DNA of 63,292 nucleotides, the filler included, from Octopus bimaculoides (lineage: Eukaryota), in assembly GCF_001194135.2 (NCBI RefSeq). It is 6 parts of 6 records of this genome, joined end to end, with 100 filler letters (N's around TTAATTAATTAA, not from the genome) between each part and the next. Parts side by side here need not be neighbours in the genome. Positions count along the whole stretch, not along the records: positions 15,350 to 36,499 come from NC_068985.1; positions 36,600 to 51,064 come from NC_068981.1; 4 more parts are not named here. One strand, given 5' to 3'. The position numbers and the translations under genes are program-made. The notes below the pieces were generated by a model. It was given only the letters and a program-made list of their open reading frames with translations. It did not search any database and had not been told where the DNA came from. Shown here one piece after another: positions 27,758 to 39,891 of the stretch (position 1 is its first letter; each line of letters begins with the position of its first letter).

Positions 27758-28676
27758 TGTAAGTTCGTGATTATGAAAATAATACTTGTATATGGTGTGT
27801 TATGTGAATTTATGGAAAGGAATCCCATAAAACTCAATGAATTTGTTAAAAATGGAGAAGAGAAGATGTTAAAATGTAAGAGGGTATTAATTCTTGCAGA
27901 CGATCGTTTCAAACAGCGATATAAAAAATTATGTAAATTCAAGGTTGAATAGAAATAATTAAATTAATTAAATTAAATTAATTATATATCACTGTTCTCT
28001 TCAGTGCAAGAAGTATAAACAAAATTTTCACCAAGAACTTGATAAAGGAACTAGCAGAATAGAATTTCGGAGATTCATATTAATCCTTATGAGAAAGAAA
28101 GAAGAGATGTGAGTCCAGTTAAGTATAAACTAAAACTAAGGCTCTAACGATTATTTGAAAATATAAGTGAGAAAGGATTTTGAGACGTTCCCTCTATGAC
28201 TCAGGAGATTAGTAATTCTAACGCCAAGTAAGTTGTGTAGGTAAAAGGTTTGTAGTAACGCCTTACTAGCAGACGACTTTTCCGGTAAGCTTATCCACGC
28301 ATGCGCAGGGACTAGTTCCGGAAGGAACACGAGAAGAGTCTCATGCGCATGCGTGGTCATTAGAGATCCAAGTTTGGCGCCCTTATTCAGTCTCTTTCTC
28401 GGCTGGCCAGCCATGAGCATGGACGTGTCAAGCTGTCTGTCTCCAACATTCCAACTCTGGAGACAGCTCTTTCCAACATTCCAACTCTGGAGCTAGACAA
28501 ATAACCACTCAACATCAATGACGGCATCTCAGCAACCAAAGGGCAAAGTGCTGCCTATTTCCTCTGTAAATAAATATTGTTGTGTTGATGGTTCAGAATC
28601 TGCGTTCCGTTGTTTCTTCAGAATTTAATGTACGGAAGCGGGTGTACACCTAATGGTGTATAACCACTTTCCTACA
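27758..28676 (+). mobile_element. Probable solo LTR within a SCYL2 intron
   Basis: TGTAAG...CCTACA termini (5/6 inverted match), CpG-rich promoter-like core, AATAAA at 28569; no target-site duplication found. Confidence 0.45.
28280..28353. promoter_or_regulatory. NRF1-like and ETS-like motif cluster in the putative LTR
   Basis: CGCATGCGCA (28298-28307), TGCGCATGCG (28344-28353), TTCCGG (28280-28285), TTCCGGAAG (28316-28324); motif match only. Confidence 0.35.
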
Positions 28677-29739
28677 GGTTGTATAGAAATGTCCAAAGGA
28701 AAGGAATGGCTATGTTTAAATTAAGAGATGACTTGACACTTAGAAACAATACTAAGTGTGGTGTATAATTAAAAAACAAAATTTTTATACATGAGAATGA
28801 AGTTAATCTAGAGGAGATCGTGTATAAAGGGCCGTTGGATTGTTAACGTAAACAAGTATTAATGGGGTAGAAATACTTGAAGAGAGAATAAGCTGCGAAA
28901 AATGGTTTTGTGTTTGTAAAAGAACTAATATTCGTTTGTATGTATTAAATACAAGATAGAAAAATAAGTAAAAACGGGAAAATAGTTGTTAATATTACAA
29001 TTTAGATAGTAAATATTTGCTGTGGCTATAAAGATGAAAAAAGAACATTCAGAGGTTTATTATTGTAAGTTGGGATATGAAAAATAACAATTTGGGGGAG
29101 ATAATTGAGCTGGGAATGAAAAATTGAAAAATAGAGGGTTTAGATTATATGTATCGATATGTAAGGTAATAATATTCACTATGTTTAAGTATAAATAAAA
29201 GTATGAGTTAAGGAGCTAGCTTAGCATAATGTGACAGGGATATATAGTGGTATTATGTTAAGAATTAATATTCAAGTAATAAAAGAGTATTATGTATTAT
29301 GAATATAAGAGAAATTGACGAGTAGGGGGTGCAAATAAGTATACCAAATAATCTATATATAATGTCATATAAAAATCTTATAAAGGGAAAAATTGTTAGT
29401 ATATATACTTATACGTGAGTAGAGGCATATCTGCACATTAGTATACATTGATGTAGGAATTCTAGTTGTTTTTTGATTAGGGAATACATAAAAGAAAGAA
29501 CACTGGACAAGAATACATATACTCATCATACCAGTGCAAAGAGAGAGAAAAAAATTAATTAATCTAATTATTTCTATTCAATCATGAATTTGCTTGATTT
29601 TTATATTTGCATGATTTTTATACCAGGCTTAAAAAATAAATGGTCGATTCATTTAACTAAAAATTCTTGAAGGCATTGCCCCAGCATGGCCACAGTCTAA
29701 TGACTGAAACAATTAATAGAGAAAGGAAAGAAAGCTTAC

Positions 29740-29856
29740 CTTTGTTAGTTGGTTTGCATCCGGCCTCACTGATGGCTCTGTGTTCAACAGCAGCTTCACA
29801 TGCTCCCGGACCTCCTCAGATAAACATCCCAGCCGCGAAGGGGTTAGATGTCGCAA
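29740..29856 (-). CDS. SCYL2: SCYL2 internal exon (end of pseudokinase domain): LRHLTPSRLGCLSEEVREHVKLLLNTEPSVRPDANQLTK
   Basis: 117 nt, phase 0-0, ttttctag acceptor and GTAAG donor; peptide matches recalled SCYL2 EEVREHVKLLLNxxPxVRPDAxQxTK. Confidence 0.93.
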
Positions 29857-30379
29857 CTAGAAAATACATTCAGAAACCAATACAATCTCAAACTTAAGAA
29901 TATTAATTTCTCTAACGAAGATGTTACTTAATTAAAACAGAAGAAAACTTAGTTTGAGGAAAATAGTGACAACTCCCACTTTTTTTTTTTTTTTATTCTT
30001 TTACAAATTTCAGTCATGTGAGAGTCATGTGACCTTGGTGGGACCCCAGCTTCTAGGATTGACTAAATTCCTTTAGCCCTTTACTGTTCAAATTTATTTA
30101 GTCGATGCTTTGAATTGATCCTGCATTAACTTGTAGCTTCAATATTTCAATGATGTGATTGTTTATTTTTACAATGACATTGTAGAGTAGGTGTGAGAGA
30201 CTGGATCTGGCCAGTTTGAACAAGAATATTTAGGATATGACTGGTTGAAATACCCAAGGTTTAATCATGTTATGCCTGGATGTGTACAGAGCACCAGATG
30301 GAATCCAACATGGTAGCCTTTATTTCTAAAGTAATAAACTTTATTATCTTTCGTTTAAGGCAGTGAACTTGCAGACTCA

Positions 30380-30962
30380 TTAAGCCTTTAGCATTCATAT
30401 CACTGTCAAATGTAATGTTTATTTATTACCTCCACCGGCAGAGGTGTTGTTTTCAGTCACGTTTGTTTATTTGTAGACAAGATATCTCAAGAACTGCTGG
30501 ATGGATTCAGATGAAGCTTTCAGGGATGTTTGGCCTCATAACTGGCATGAACTGATTAGATTTTGGGATCAATCCGCTACCAGACTAGGATTCTAGATTA
30601 TTTTTCCTGTTTTTTTACTTAATTTTTGAGAGCAGTCGGGTTCATTTTTAGTATTCTTGTTTGTGAGAGCAGCCAAGTTTATTTCAGATATTCTCATTTT
30701 AAAAATCATCTCTTGGCTAATCATTGAGAGGACGTTAGTGTTGCCTTGGTGAAGTTTTGTGCTCTTTGAGTGCTCTTGTTTTGTTAATGTTTTGAATTGA
30801 TCATACATTAGTTTGTAGCCTTGAGATTTCAATGATGTGATTGTATATTCTTTTAGACTAACATTGTAAGGTAGGTGTGAGAGGCTGGATCTGGCCAGTT
30901 TGAACATAGAACAAGGCAGAATATTTTGGCTGGATATGGCTGGCCTAAATGCTAAAAGATTA
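30380..30962. mobile_element. TTAA-type MITE interrupted by a ~350-bp nested insertion
   Basis: ttaagcctttagcatt...aatgctaaaagattaa ends; the body also occurs at ~30070-30260; insertion at ~30425-30780. Confidence 0.5.
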
Positions 30963-31272
30963 ATCTCACTCAATTACTTTATTAAACTCAGTGGGAGGTG
31001 GGATCCAAACAATGAAGAGGGATGTAATCAACTACCACAAGGTATTTTAATGCTTTACTGATTCTGTCGTTCAGTAGTCACCTGAAATATTCATCCGGAA
31101 AAATCATCAAATAAAAGCCATAACATACTGGTGCCACATAAAAGGCACCTGGCACACTTTGTAAAGTGGTTGGCATTAGGAAGGACATCCAGCTGTAGAA
31201 ACCTTACCAAAACAGACAAATGGAGCCTAGAGCAGCTCTCTGGCTTGCCAGCTCCTGTCAAACCATCCAACC

Positions 31273-31335
<63 letters not shown>

Positions 31336-33299
31336 GCAGCTAAGTTCGTAGACTGAGAAAACAAGTGAGTTTTGATATATTGAGCAAGGCCATAATTGGC
31401 TGGGAAAAAAATACCCTTGCCTCCAACCAAATTCCCTTTCACAGCATCATAGAATGAATATGAAGAAGTAATACCAAGAGTAGTAGTTGGTTCAAAACTT
31501 CATCAGATCAAGAATGGTTGGACCAACAATTATAAGGGTGGGTTGGCAAGTTCATTGGCTGACTACAAAGGAGTGATGCTACAGTTGGAAGTCATTAATT
31601 TCAATTCTTCTTATTAATGACTGTATTGTTTCTTTCCAGGTAAACTGACACCCGACTTGGCTGGATTCGTCATCCACGGCAGCAGCAGCAGTAGTAGTAG
31701 TAGTAGTAAAAAAAGCCAGAGAGAGGAATGTCTTTTTCTATCACTAGTATGCCAATGGCCTCATCTCATTGCAGCTGGTTGGTCACAAACCCACTCCATT
31801 CAAGTACTGACAATTCCCTCCTCCTCCTCCTCCTTACATCTCCCAGTATAGTCTCCCACTTCCACCCCACACTGACCACTAGAACCAACTCTTTCTTTCC
31901 ATCATGTCAGCCCTTTGGAATTCCCTTTCCTGCAGTTGTCAACTTCAGTTTCACTGGTCTCAGAGGACCAAGGAAAATGAAGGGCTCAGTCCCTAACCCC
32001 TAAACCAAACTATTAACACAAAAGAAAAAAAAACAAAAAAAATCACTCAGTTAATTTCAAAATTAATTGAAAGAAGTATTTAGTGTTCTGGGTTTCAGTC
32101 CCACTGCGTGGCACCTTGGGCAAGTGTCTTCTATTATACCCTCGGGCCAACTAAAGCCTTGTGAGTGGATTTGGTCGAAGGAAATTTAAAGAAGCCCATC
32201 ATGTGTGTGTGTGTGTGTGTATGTATCTATGTTTGTCCCCCCACCACTATCCGATGCTGGTGTGGTTACGTCCCCGTAAATTAGCAGTTCAGCAAAAAGA
32301 GACCGATAGAATAAGTACTAGGCTTACAAAGAATAAGTCCTGTGGTCAATTTGCTCAACTAAAGGCAGTGCTCCAGCATGGCCGCAGTCAAATGACTGAA
32401 ACAAGTAAAAGAGTAAAAGAGAGTGTATCTTGTTGGAAATAAACTTTCGGTGCAAGGCCGGCAGTTTCAGTGGAGAGGCGGGGGGGGGGGGCTAAGTTTA
32501 TTACATCTACCCCAGTATTCAACTGGTATCTAGTTTATCACCTGCAAAAGGATGAAAGGCAAAGTCAATCTCGGCAGAATTTGAGCAAATGATTTTACCT
32601 GCTCAGCACCTTATCTTGTTGGAAATATTGATTAACATTAGTTAACGAGGATCTTATATGTATTAATGTCGTTTATATCAAATTACTTGTGTTGCTGAAT
32701 ACAACACAGACAGATTTTGACAGAGACTGAAACAAATTTAATTTAGTCCACAAAATGTTACACAAGTTAAACCAACAGGAAAAAGAGAAAAAAACTCTAC
32801 AACAAAAAACACAATCATCATCATCATCATCGTCGTCATCTGATGTCAGCAATATTTGTTAATAAAGTTCTAAAGAAGACAGAAGCAGCTGGTAATGATT
32901 TTGGATCAATTAAACATCCTGGCCTTGTATAAATCAATAAGTGACAGATGTTTCTAGCTTTTTTTTGGGGGGGGGGGGGTACTGTTTAGATAAAAACAAC
33001 AGCTTTATAGCAAAAGCAAACCTTCTAAACACACAGAACTTCGAGATCGGTGGTTGTTAACCTTCTTAATATCCAAGGGAAGACCCACCAAGAGCTGCTG
33101 GAAGGATGCTTGAGGGTCACACGAGGCCCTGGGAACCACGGTTGAGAATTGCTGCTTTATTTAGTTACTCAACCTGCTAGAAATAGCAGCCAAAAGCACG
33201 TTCCACTGTAGTTTGAAAAATGAAGAGTATATTGAAAAATGTGGTGTGAGAAACTCTATCAGAAAAAGAGAGGAAGGCTGCAGCTGGAATAGGTTTAGT

Positions 33300-33640
33300 C
33301 AGAAGCTTGTTACATCAGAGTTAAACAATAACAACACCACTGGAGTATGTTGCTGCTTTCACCGTTTGTCGGTAAATTCCTGGATCCCCCTGGGTGACCT
33401 GTTCAGCAGAGTGCCAGTGAGTCACAATCTTCACGAGAAAGCTCCTCCTCTGCCGTGACCATGTGGTTGACCAGCACAAGCCATTAGCCTAGCCAGACCC
33501 TCAGTGAAGGAGACATGGCAATCAGGGTCAAAGTCAGAAAACCAAGCAACATGGCCACACAGCCTGAGCTGACACTCCTGAATCATACAAGTAACAGGAT
33601 GCATCCCAGTTTCTGAGTAGAGTTGTTGGCTGGATAAAAA
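33300..33640 (-). mobile_element. RTE-like LINE 3' remnant
   Basis: IQECQLRLCGHVAWFSDFDP resembles the RTE C-terminal RQLRxxGHVAR motif. Confidence 0.5.
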
Positions 33641-33769
33641 ATCTGACCAAAGGTAACCCATAGCAATAACAACAGAGCCACATAAATGTAATCAGTTGTC
33701 TTTTGGTTCTGCTGACCAATGACTTTTCTAAATCAACGAAGGACCAGAGGTTTCCTACATTATTTACAT

Positions 33770-34007
33770 CTGATGGACATTTGTCCTCATCTTGTTTGTT
33801 GTTAACACAACATTTCAGCTGATATACCCTCCAGCCTTCATCAGGTGTATTGGGGAAATTTCAAACCTGGGTTCTTATTCCTAAGGTATTTTTCAATGTT
33901 GTTGTTGTTATTATTATTATTATTATTATTATTCAGATCACTGCTTGGAATCAAACTAGGAATGCTGGGGTTAGTAGCCTGCACTCTTAACCACTACCCC
34001 ATATGCC
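33770..34007 (-). mobile_element. tRNA-derived SINE-like element carrying a hammerhead motif
   Basis: Minus strand: GGCATA, A-box-like TGGGGTAGTGG (33991-34001), B-box-like AGTTTGATTCC (33947-33957), (AAT)n tract, then a ~125-bp body shared with the arms at 18338-18465 and 18538-18665. Confidence 0.7.
33804..33849 (-). ncRNA. Minimal type-I hammerhead ribozyme motif, family 1 (in tRNA-headed SINE-like element)
   Basis: Minus strand UACAC-CUGAUGA-A-GGCUG-gagggtatat-CAGCU-GAAA-UG-UU-GUGUU. Confidence 0.7.
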
Positions 34008-34021
34008 TGTAAATTTGCTTG

Positions 34022-34589
34022 TAAGGTTGAACAACTCAGCACAGCAATAGAATTGTTTTGAGTAATTCCATTCAGCCTCTGGTTGATGTTTAAAACATTC
34101 CAAATGATCTAAGTTTATTCTCATTTATAATGTTGCTTTATAGAACTGCAGAGGTTTCCTGCTTGCAATCTCTGCCAACAAAGGAAATCTCTGCAATCAA
34201 GAGTGAAAATGTCAAGAGTGACAATGCTACGTTCATAGACAAAGTTGGCAACACAGAGAACAACAATCAACAGACACAAACAAACGCCCTTCTCACATTG
34301 TACAGAAATATGATATTATAGTTAGGCTGTTGGGACTACGGTAGCAGAGTTGGGGTGTGACGTATAAAGAAATGACTTACTGGTAGAGCAGTGCAGTGAA
34401 ATAGCTAATTAAGGACAAATGGCTAATTAAGGACAAATAGCTAGTTTGAACCTCTTGAAAGTGAATATAATAAAGCAACATTATAAATGAGAATAAACTT
34501 AGATTATTTGGAATGTTTTAGGCATCAACCAGAGGCTGAATGGAGTTACTCAAAACAATTCTATTGTTGTGCTGAGTTGTTCAACCTTA
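34022..34589. mobile_element. TA-flanked MITE-like element with 119-bp inverted arms
   Basis: 34022-34140 vs 34471-34589, 5 transition mismatches; outermost TA on both sides. Confidence 0.8.
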
Positions 34590-34810
34590 AAAACAAAATC
34601 ATTTCTTGGTGTTAAAGGAAAACAGGGAATCTTTCAAGAAACGGTTTCATTATTGAACATTTAATCATTAACCTCAGTAAACTTAGGTTTCTGGCACAAC
34701 TTTCAATAATGGTTCCATACTAAGATTCTATGGGCTCTAATATAGATTAAAATAAATCATCACCATCATTTAATATGTTTTTCCCTACTGGTATGGGTCG
34801 GATAGTTTAA

Positions 34811-35030
34811 CCCTTTCGTTACCAACTTGGCTGAAACCGACTCTGGCTCTGTTATACAAATGTCTTGTTTTCATAAGTTTTGGATTAAAATCTTCCACCA
34901 AACCTTAGTCTCAGTTTATGTTCCTAACACTAGCTGAATGATAACCAAGTTATTTTACTAAATTCTTTGTTATATTTAAAATAACTGAAAGAAACACAGA
35001 GTATCTCAACAGAAATACAGTAATAAGGGG
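34811..35030. mobile_element. piggyBac-type MITE, opposite orientation
   Basis: TTAA|CCCTTTCGTTAC...GGGG|TTAA; reverse-complement homolog of 19928-20151. Confidence 0.8.
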
Positions 35031-36499
35031 TTAACAGGAGATGGTAAGGCCAGGAGCCACAGCAGGTACCACTGTCTGTTTTGGCCTGGTTTCTACAGTT
35101 AGATGCCCTTTCTAACACCAACCACTTTACAGAGTGTATTGGGTGCTTTTTATGTGGCACCATCACCAGAGTTTTTTTGTGTGACACCAACAGCTATGCT
35201 TTTTATATGGTATCAGCAATGGTGCTTTTTACATGACACCAGCACCAATGCCTTTCATGTAGCAGGCTATGGATTGGATAAGACTTGTTGAAGCCAGACA
35301 ACAGCCAGATGCTTTTCCTAATGTCAATCTTAACTTGCTTCCAAGTAAAGCATTTTGTTGTACATTTTTGCACATCAAACCACCAAACTGCCGACTTTTT
35401 GTTTATACAAGACATATACAATGTCACTGCCGTCAACATGAGGACACATACACACAAATACATGAATGCACATAAGCACACACACACACACACTCATCTG
35501 TTCAGTTTCCATTTACTAAACTACGTGCAGAAGGCATTTGTCATCCCAGGGCTACAATGGAAGACACTTGCCCCGAGATACCAGACAATGGAATCAAACC
35601 CAAAACTTCATGAATGTAAAACCAACATCTTCACCAGACACTTGGCCCCTTTCTCAAAAGTGTCCTTTCAGTCCTTGTTCAGATGTTGATCACTGCAGCA
35701 GTGAAAGAAACCAAAGGACTAAGGAGGACGTGAGACAAAGTACTGAAGGATGACTTCAGGACACTAAATCTTTCAGATGAGATGACAAATGATCAAGATG
35801 CCTGGCGCCTTGCTGTACTGGAGATCCACAGAAGAGGCTGCTCCTCCTGGTGAGGAAGATAGGCCTGTACCGGTGCTGTGTGAAAAGCATGCAGTACACT
35901 CTGTAAAGTGGTTGACTCTAAGAAGGGCATCCAGCCATATAGAAACCATGCTGGCAGAAACGTTAGCATGCAGGGTGAAATGCTTAGCGGTATTTTGTCT
36001 GCCGTTATGTTCAGAGTTCAAATTCTGCCAAGGTCGACTTTGCCTTTCATCCTTTCAGGGTCGATAAATTAAGCACCAGTTACGCACTGGGGTCGATGTA
36101 ATCAACTTAATCCCTTTGTCTGTCCTTGTTTGTCTCCTCTATGTTTAGTCCCTTGTAGGCAATAAAGAAATTTTTTTTTTTAAATAAAAAAATAAAAAAT
36201 AAGAAACCATGCAAAATCAGACTGGAGCCTGCTTGCCAGCCCTGGTCAAACTGTCCAACCCATGCCAGCATGGAAAACGGACGTTAAACGATGATGATGA
36301 TAATGGAAACCCATTAAGAAAAGGAAATACACTAAATAGATGAGAAATTTAATCATTTGCATAATCTTTGAAGAGAAATTATGGATGCAGACAATGAAAG
36401 AGTGAAATAAGCGTTGGGCAGATGGAAGGCATCTCTCTATGGTTTTGTGTTCTCTAAAACAATTACTTTGAATATTATTAACAAGAGATCAAATAGGAA

Positions 36500-36599
36500 N
36501 NNNNNNNNNNNNNNNNNNNNNNNNNNNNNNNNNNNNNNNNNNNTTAATTAATTAANNNNNNNNNNNNNNNNNNNNNNNNNNNNNNNNNNNNNNNNNNNN
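36500..36599. other. Artificial scaffold-join linker
   Basis: 44N-TTAATTAATTAA-44N. Confidence 0.95.
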
Positions 36600-36894
36600 T
36601 TTTAAACAAAACACAACTCTCAATCTCATGCATCCTAATTTTTCCAACTATTATCTACATGGATTACCATTGAACTTTAAAAGCTCAAAGACAATATAAT
36701 GTATTGGTATATTTATTTTTTTATATATTATTTTTTATTTTTTTTGTAAGAAAACATTTTCATTCTCCCTCTTCTTGAAAATTTGCCATGCAATGAAAGC
36801 TGGTTAGAAATCCTTTTTAATCCTCCTTATATACATCTATATTAAAATATGCTTTCAGTTTAGCATTCTGCCTTATTATCATTCTTTATTTTCC

Positions 36895-36929
<35 letters not shown>

Positions 36930-36935
<6 letters not shown>

Positions 36936-38720
36936 ATAATATATTGTTTTTGGTGATGTAGCGAGTTGGACAGAGCTGCTCTTCTTTGCATCTCCTGCCG
37001 CAATGTGGGTTAATCAGGTATCTCATATAGAAAACTTCCGCATCAATACCATGTAGTTCTCTAAGGTTGCCTGGAAAGATGTTGAACAATTGCAACCCCT
37101 TGAAACCCAGACTATTACAGTACTGTGTCCTTATTCTAGATGGGGAGGACAGGATTTTTGGGATGATGTAGTTCCATCCAGTTCGAGGATTGCTATATCT
37201 GTCAATTCCAAAATTTGAAATATATATCATCACATATCTCTCTCTTTGTCTCTCCAGGGAATAGAGATTCAGCTCCTTTAACTTCTCCCAGTAGCCCATC
37301 TTTTGCACCAAGTCCATCTTCTTTGTGTACTGGTGCTGGATTGCTCCGAGTTCCACAGTTTGTTTCACACTCTCTTCAAACCATAGTTGGGAGTAGTAGT
37401 CCAAGCGGCTGAGAATGAAAGTCTTCCATAGGAGTAGGAGTGCTTCCATTTTCCTGTTTCTGAATGTCATCAGAATCCATCCAGCCACTTTCCTGCACAG
37501 TGTTGTCATCTTGGCATGTCTGAGAGGGCCACCACAAATAGTAATGGCTCCAGTACAGTTCACTGTAAGACTCTGCCGAGAATTGGTGTTTCTTCAGAGT
37601 GAGTACTATTGACTACAACTGTCTTACTCCTGCCCTTCAGAAAATCATGCAGCCACTCTCCCAGTTTCCTGGTAATACCAAGGTTTCACAGCTTGTGACA
37701 TATCATGCCATGATCAACCTTGTGGAAGGCCTTGGCAAAGTCGAGGTAAATCAAGTCTACAGCTGACTGGTTTAGCTGTTACTTCAGTACCCAGTCAAAG
37801 TGCTGCAGTAACTGTGTGAGGCAGCTCCTCCCTGAATGAAAGTCATGTTGCGTGTTTGTGAGAAGATTGTTTTCTTCTAGGAACATGATCAGCCTTTATC
37901 AGACTATGCGTTCCATTGTCTTGCTAGCATGTGAGGTCAGAGAGATGGGCCTGTAGTTTTTAGCATCTGCTCTGCTCCCTCCTTTATTGAGAGGGCATAT
38001 TATACCCACTTTTAACATGTTGGGAAGTTTACTACATGCAAGGAAACTCTGAAAGAGTATCTGCAGTGGCTTCGCAAGAGCCCTTTCACATGTCTTTAAG
38101 AGAACAGCTGGGAGTCCATCTGTGCTTGTTGCTGAGTTTGATCTCATCTCATCAAGGGCCGATATTACAATCTCTTCTGTCATGTTGATGTAATTGACTG
38201 TTGCCTCTTTTCCAAATAGATTCATTACATTGAAAAACTCCTTCGGCTTGTGTATTTGCATATTTTCCAGTGGAGAAGTGAAAACACTTCAGAATTGTTT
38301 ATTTTGTGCTTCACTTATTTTCCCCGGGTCTGCAGTTAGTGAGCCATTTTTACCAAATAGTTGCTCTATCTTATAGCGTACTGAGGCAGACTCCTTTGCC
38401 AACATGTAGAAGGTTTCAGGATTTCTTCTTAAATTTTTGACTGCTAAGTTTCTCTTTCTCCTCTTTCTTTTTCATGGGAGATTTTGAGTTTATTTTCTAT
38501 CACGAAGAGTACCTGTCAGGTGGGATTTCACACTGTCATTAAGGTGTTTGTTTAAACGTTTCAAGATCTTTATTCTCCACCGCATGAGTATTCTCCTATC
38601 TCTGGGAATGATGTTTTTGTATGTATTGGCTCCCTTCTGTGGGACATATTTAATGCATATGGCTTGCGTTATTGATATGAATTTATTAAATTTCATATCT
38701 ATGTCTTGCATAGAGAGGCT
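36930..38720 (-). mobile_element. Decayed CR1/Jockey-group LINE (RT region and C-terminus)
   Basis: DGLPAVLLKTCERALAKPLQILF..KGGSRADAKNYRPISLTSHASKTMERIV; YLDFAKAFHKVDHG; WILMTFRNR..LLWKTFILSRLDYYSQLW. Confidence 0.85.
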
Positions 38721-39108
38721 ATGAACCCGGGACCATGTGGTTGGTAAGCAAGCTACTTAACACACAGCCATTCCTGCACCTGTTCACATTTATTTATTGT
38801 TACTGATATAAACAATATTCTAAGTAACCTACAAATAAAAAGTCCCAGTTTACTTAGTTTATCAGTATATTTTTGCAATCTGACAGTCCTTTACATAGAA
38901 TTTCATCTGTCTTTTGAACCAAGGCCCTGAAGACACTTGTATACATAGATAAGAATTTTTATAAATCAACAAATGTACATAAGTCAAAACAAATTGTTGG
39001 TTTCATATGGTTTTTAAAAATATTTATGTTGTATTATAATATATATCTTTTATATTATAGTGTAAATGAATTGTTAGTTTGTCAATTGTATTTCTCTCTC
39101 TGTGTATA

Positions 39109-39155
<47 letters not shown>

Positions 39156-39785
39156 ATATATATATATATATATACATATATACATATATATATTTACATA
39201 CACACACACACTTTTGTTCTCCCTCTCCTGCACTTTTATATATTACCATCTTCCCCCAACCCACTCCTATTTTCTTTTACCTCCTTCCCCACCAAATTGA
39301 GATTGACCATTGACCATGTCTACCCATGTTCGCCATTTAATGCATTTGTTCTAGCGCCTCCCCATTTCATCTGTCACACTCCTTTCATGCTCTTACATAT
39401 CTACCCATCCACTCATTCTTGATTCTCTGCCCTAATTCTCTCTCTGTCTGCCTACTTGTACATTGAAGGTGTGCCTGATACCTCAGTTTTGCCATCCTTT
39501 CTCCCTTGCATGCAGGAGTAGCTCTGTATCTGCTCTATGACAAAACACCTGTTCCTGTCCTTCTGTCACACCTGGTACAAAGCCACTGTCCTTAATACTA
39601 CACCCGCACTCTCTCAAAGGATCTTGCCTTTGAAGTCACTTGGTGATCTCACTGGTGCCATTGCCCTCACACAAAAAGCATGCAGCACTTTCTGTAAAGT
39701 GGTTGACATTAGGAAGGGCATCCAGCTATTGAGACCATGCCAAAGTTCAATACAGCATGGAATGCAGGTGTTAAATGATTTAGAT

Positions 39786-39837
<52 letters not shown>

Positions 39838-39847
39838 NNNNNNNNNN

Positions 39848-39891
<44 letters not shown>

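Noticed and set aside
31620-31730. Plus-strand acceptor-like site with an IRHPR peptide resembling SCYL2 LRHPR
   Set aside because: Wrong strand, stops follow immediately and the flanks do not match SCYL2; coincidental.
33947-34007. tRNA gene
   Set aside because: Only A/B-box-like motifs are present with no cloverleaf; interpreted as a SINE head, like the heads of families A-C.
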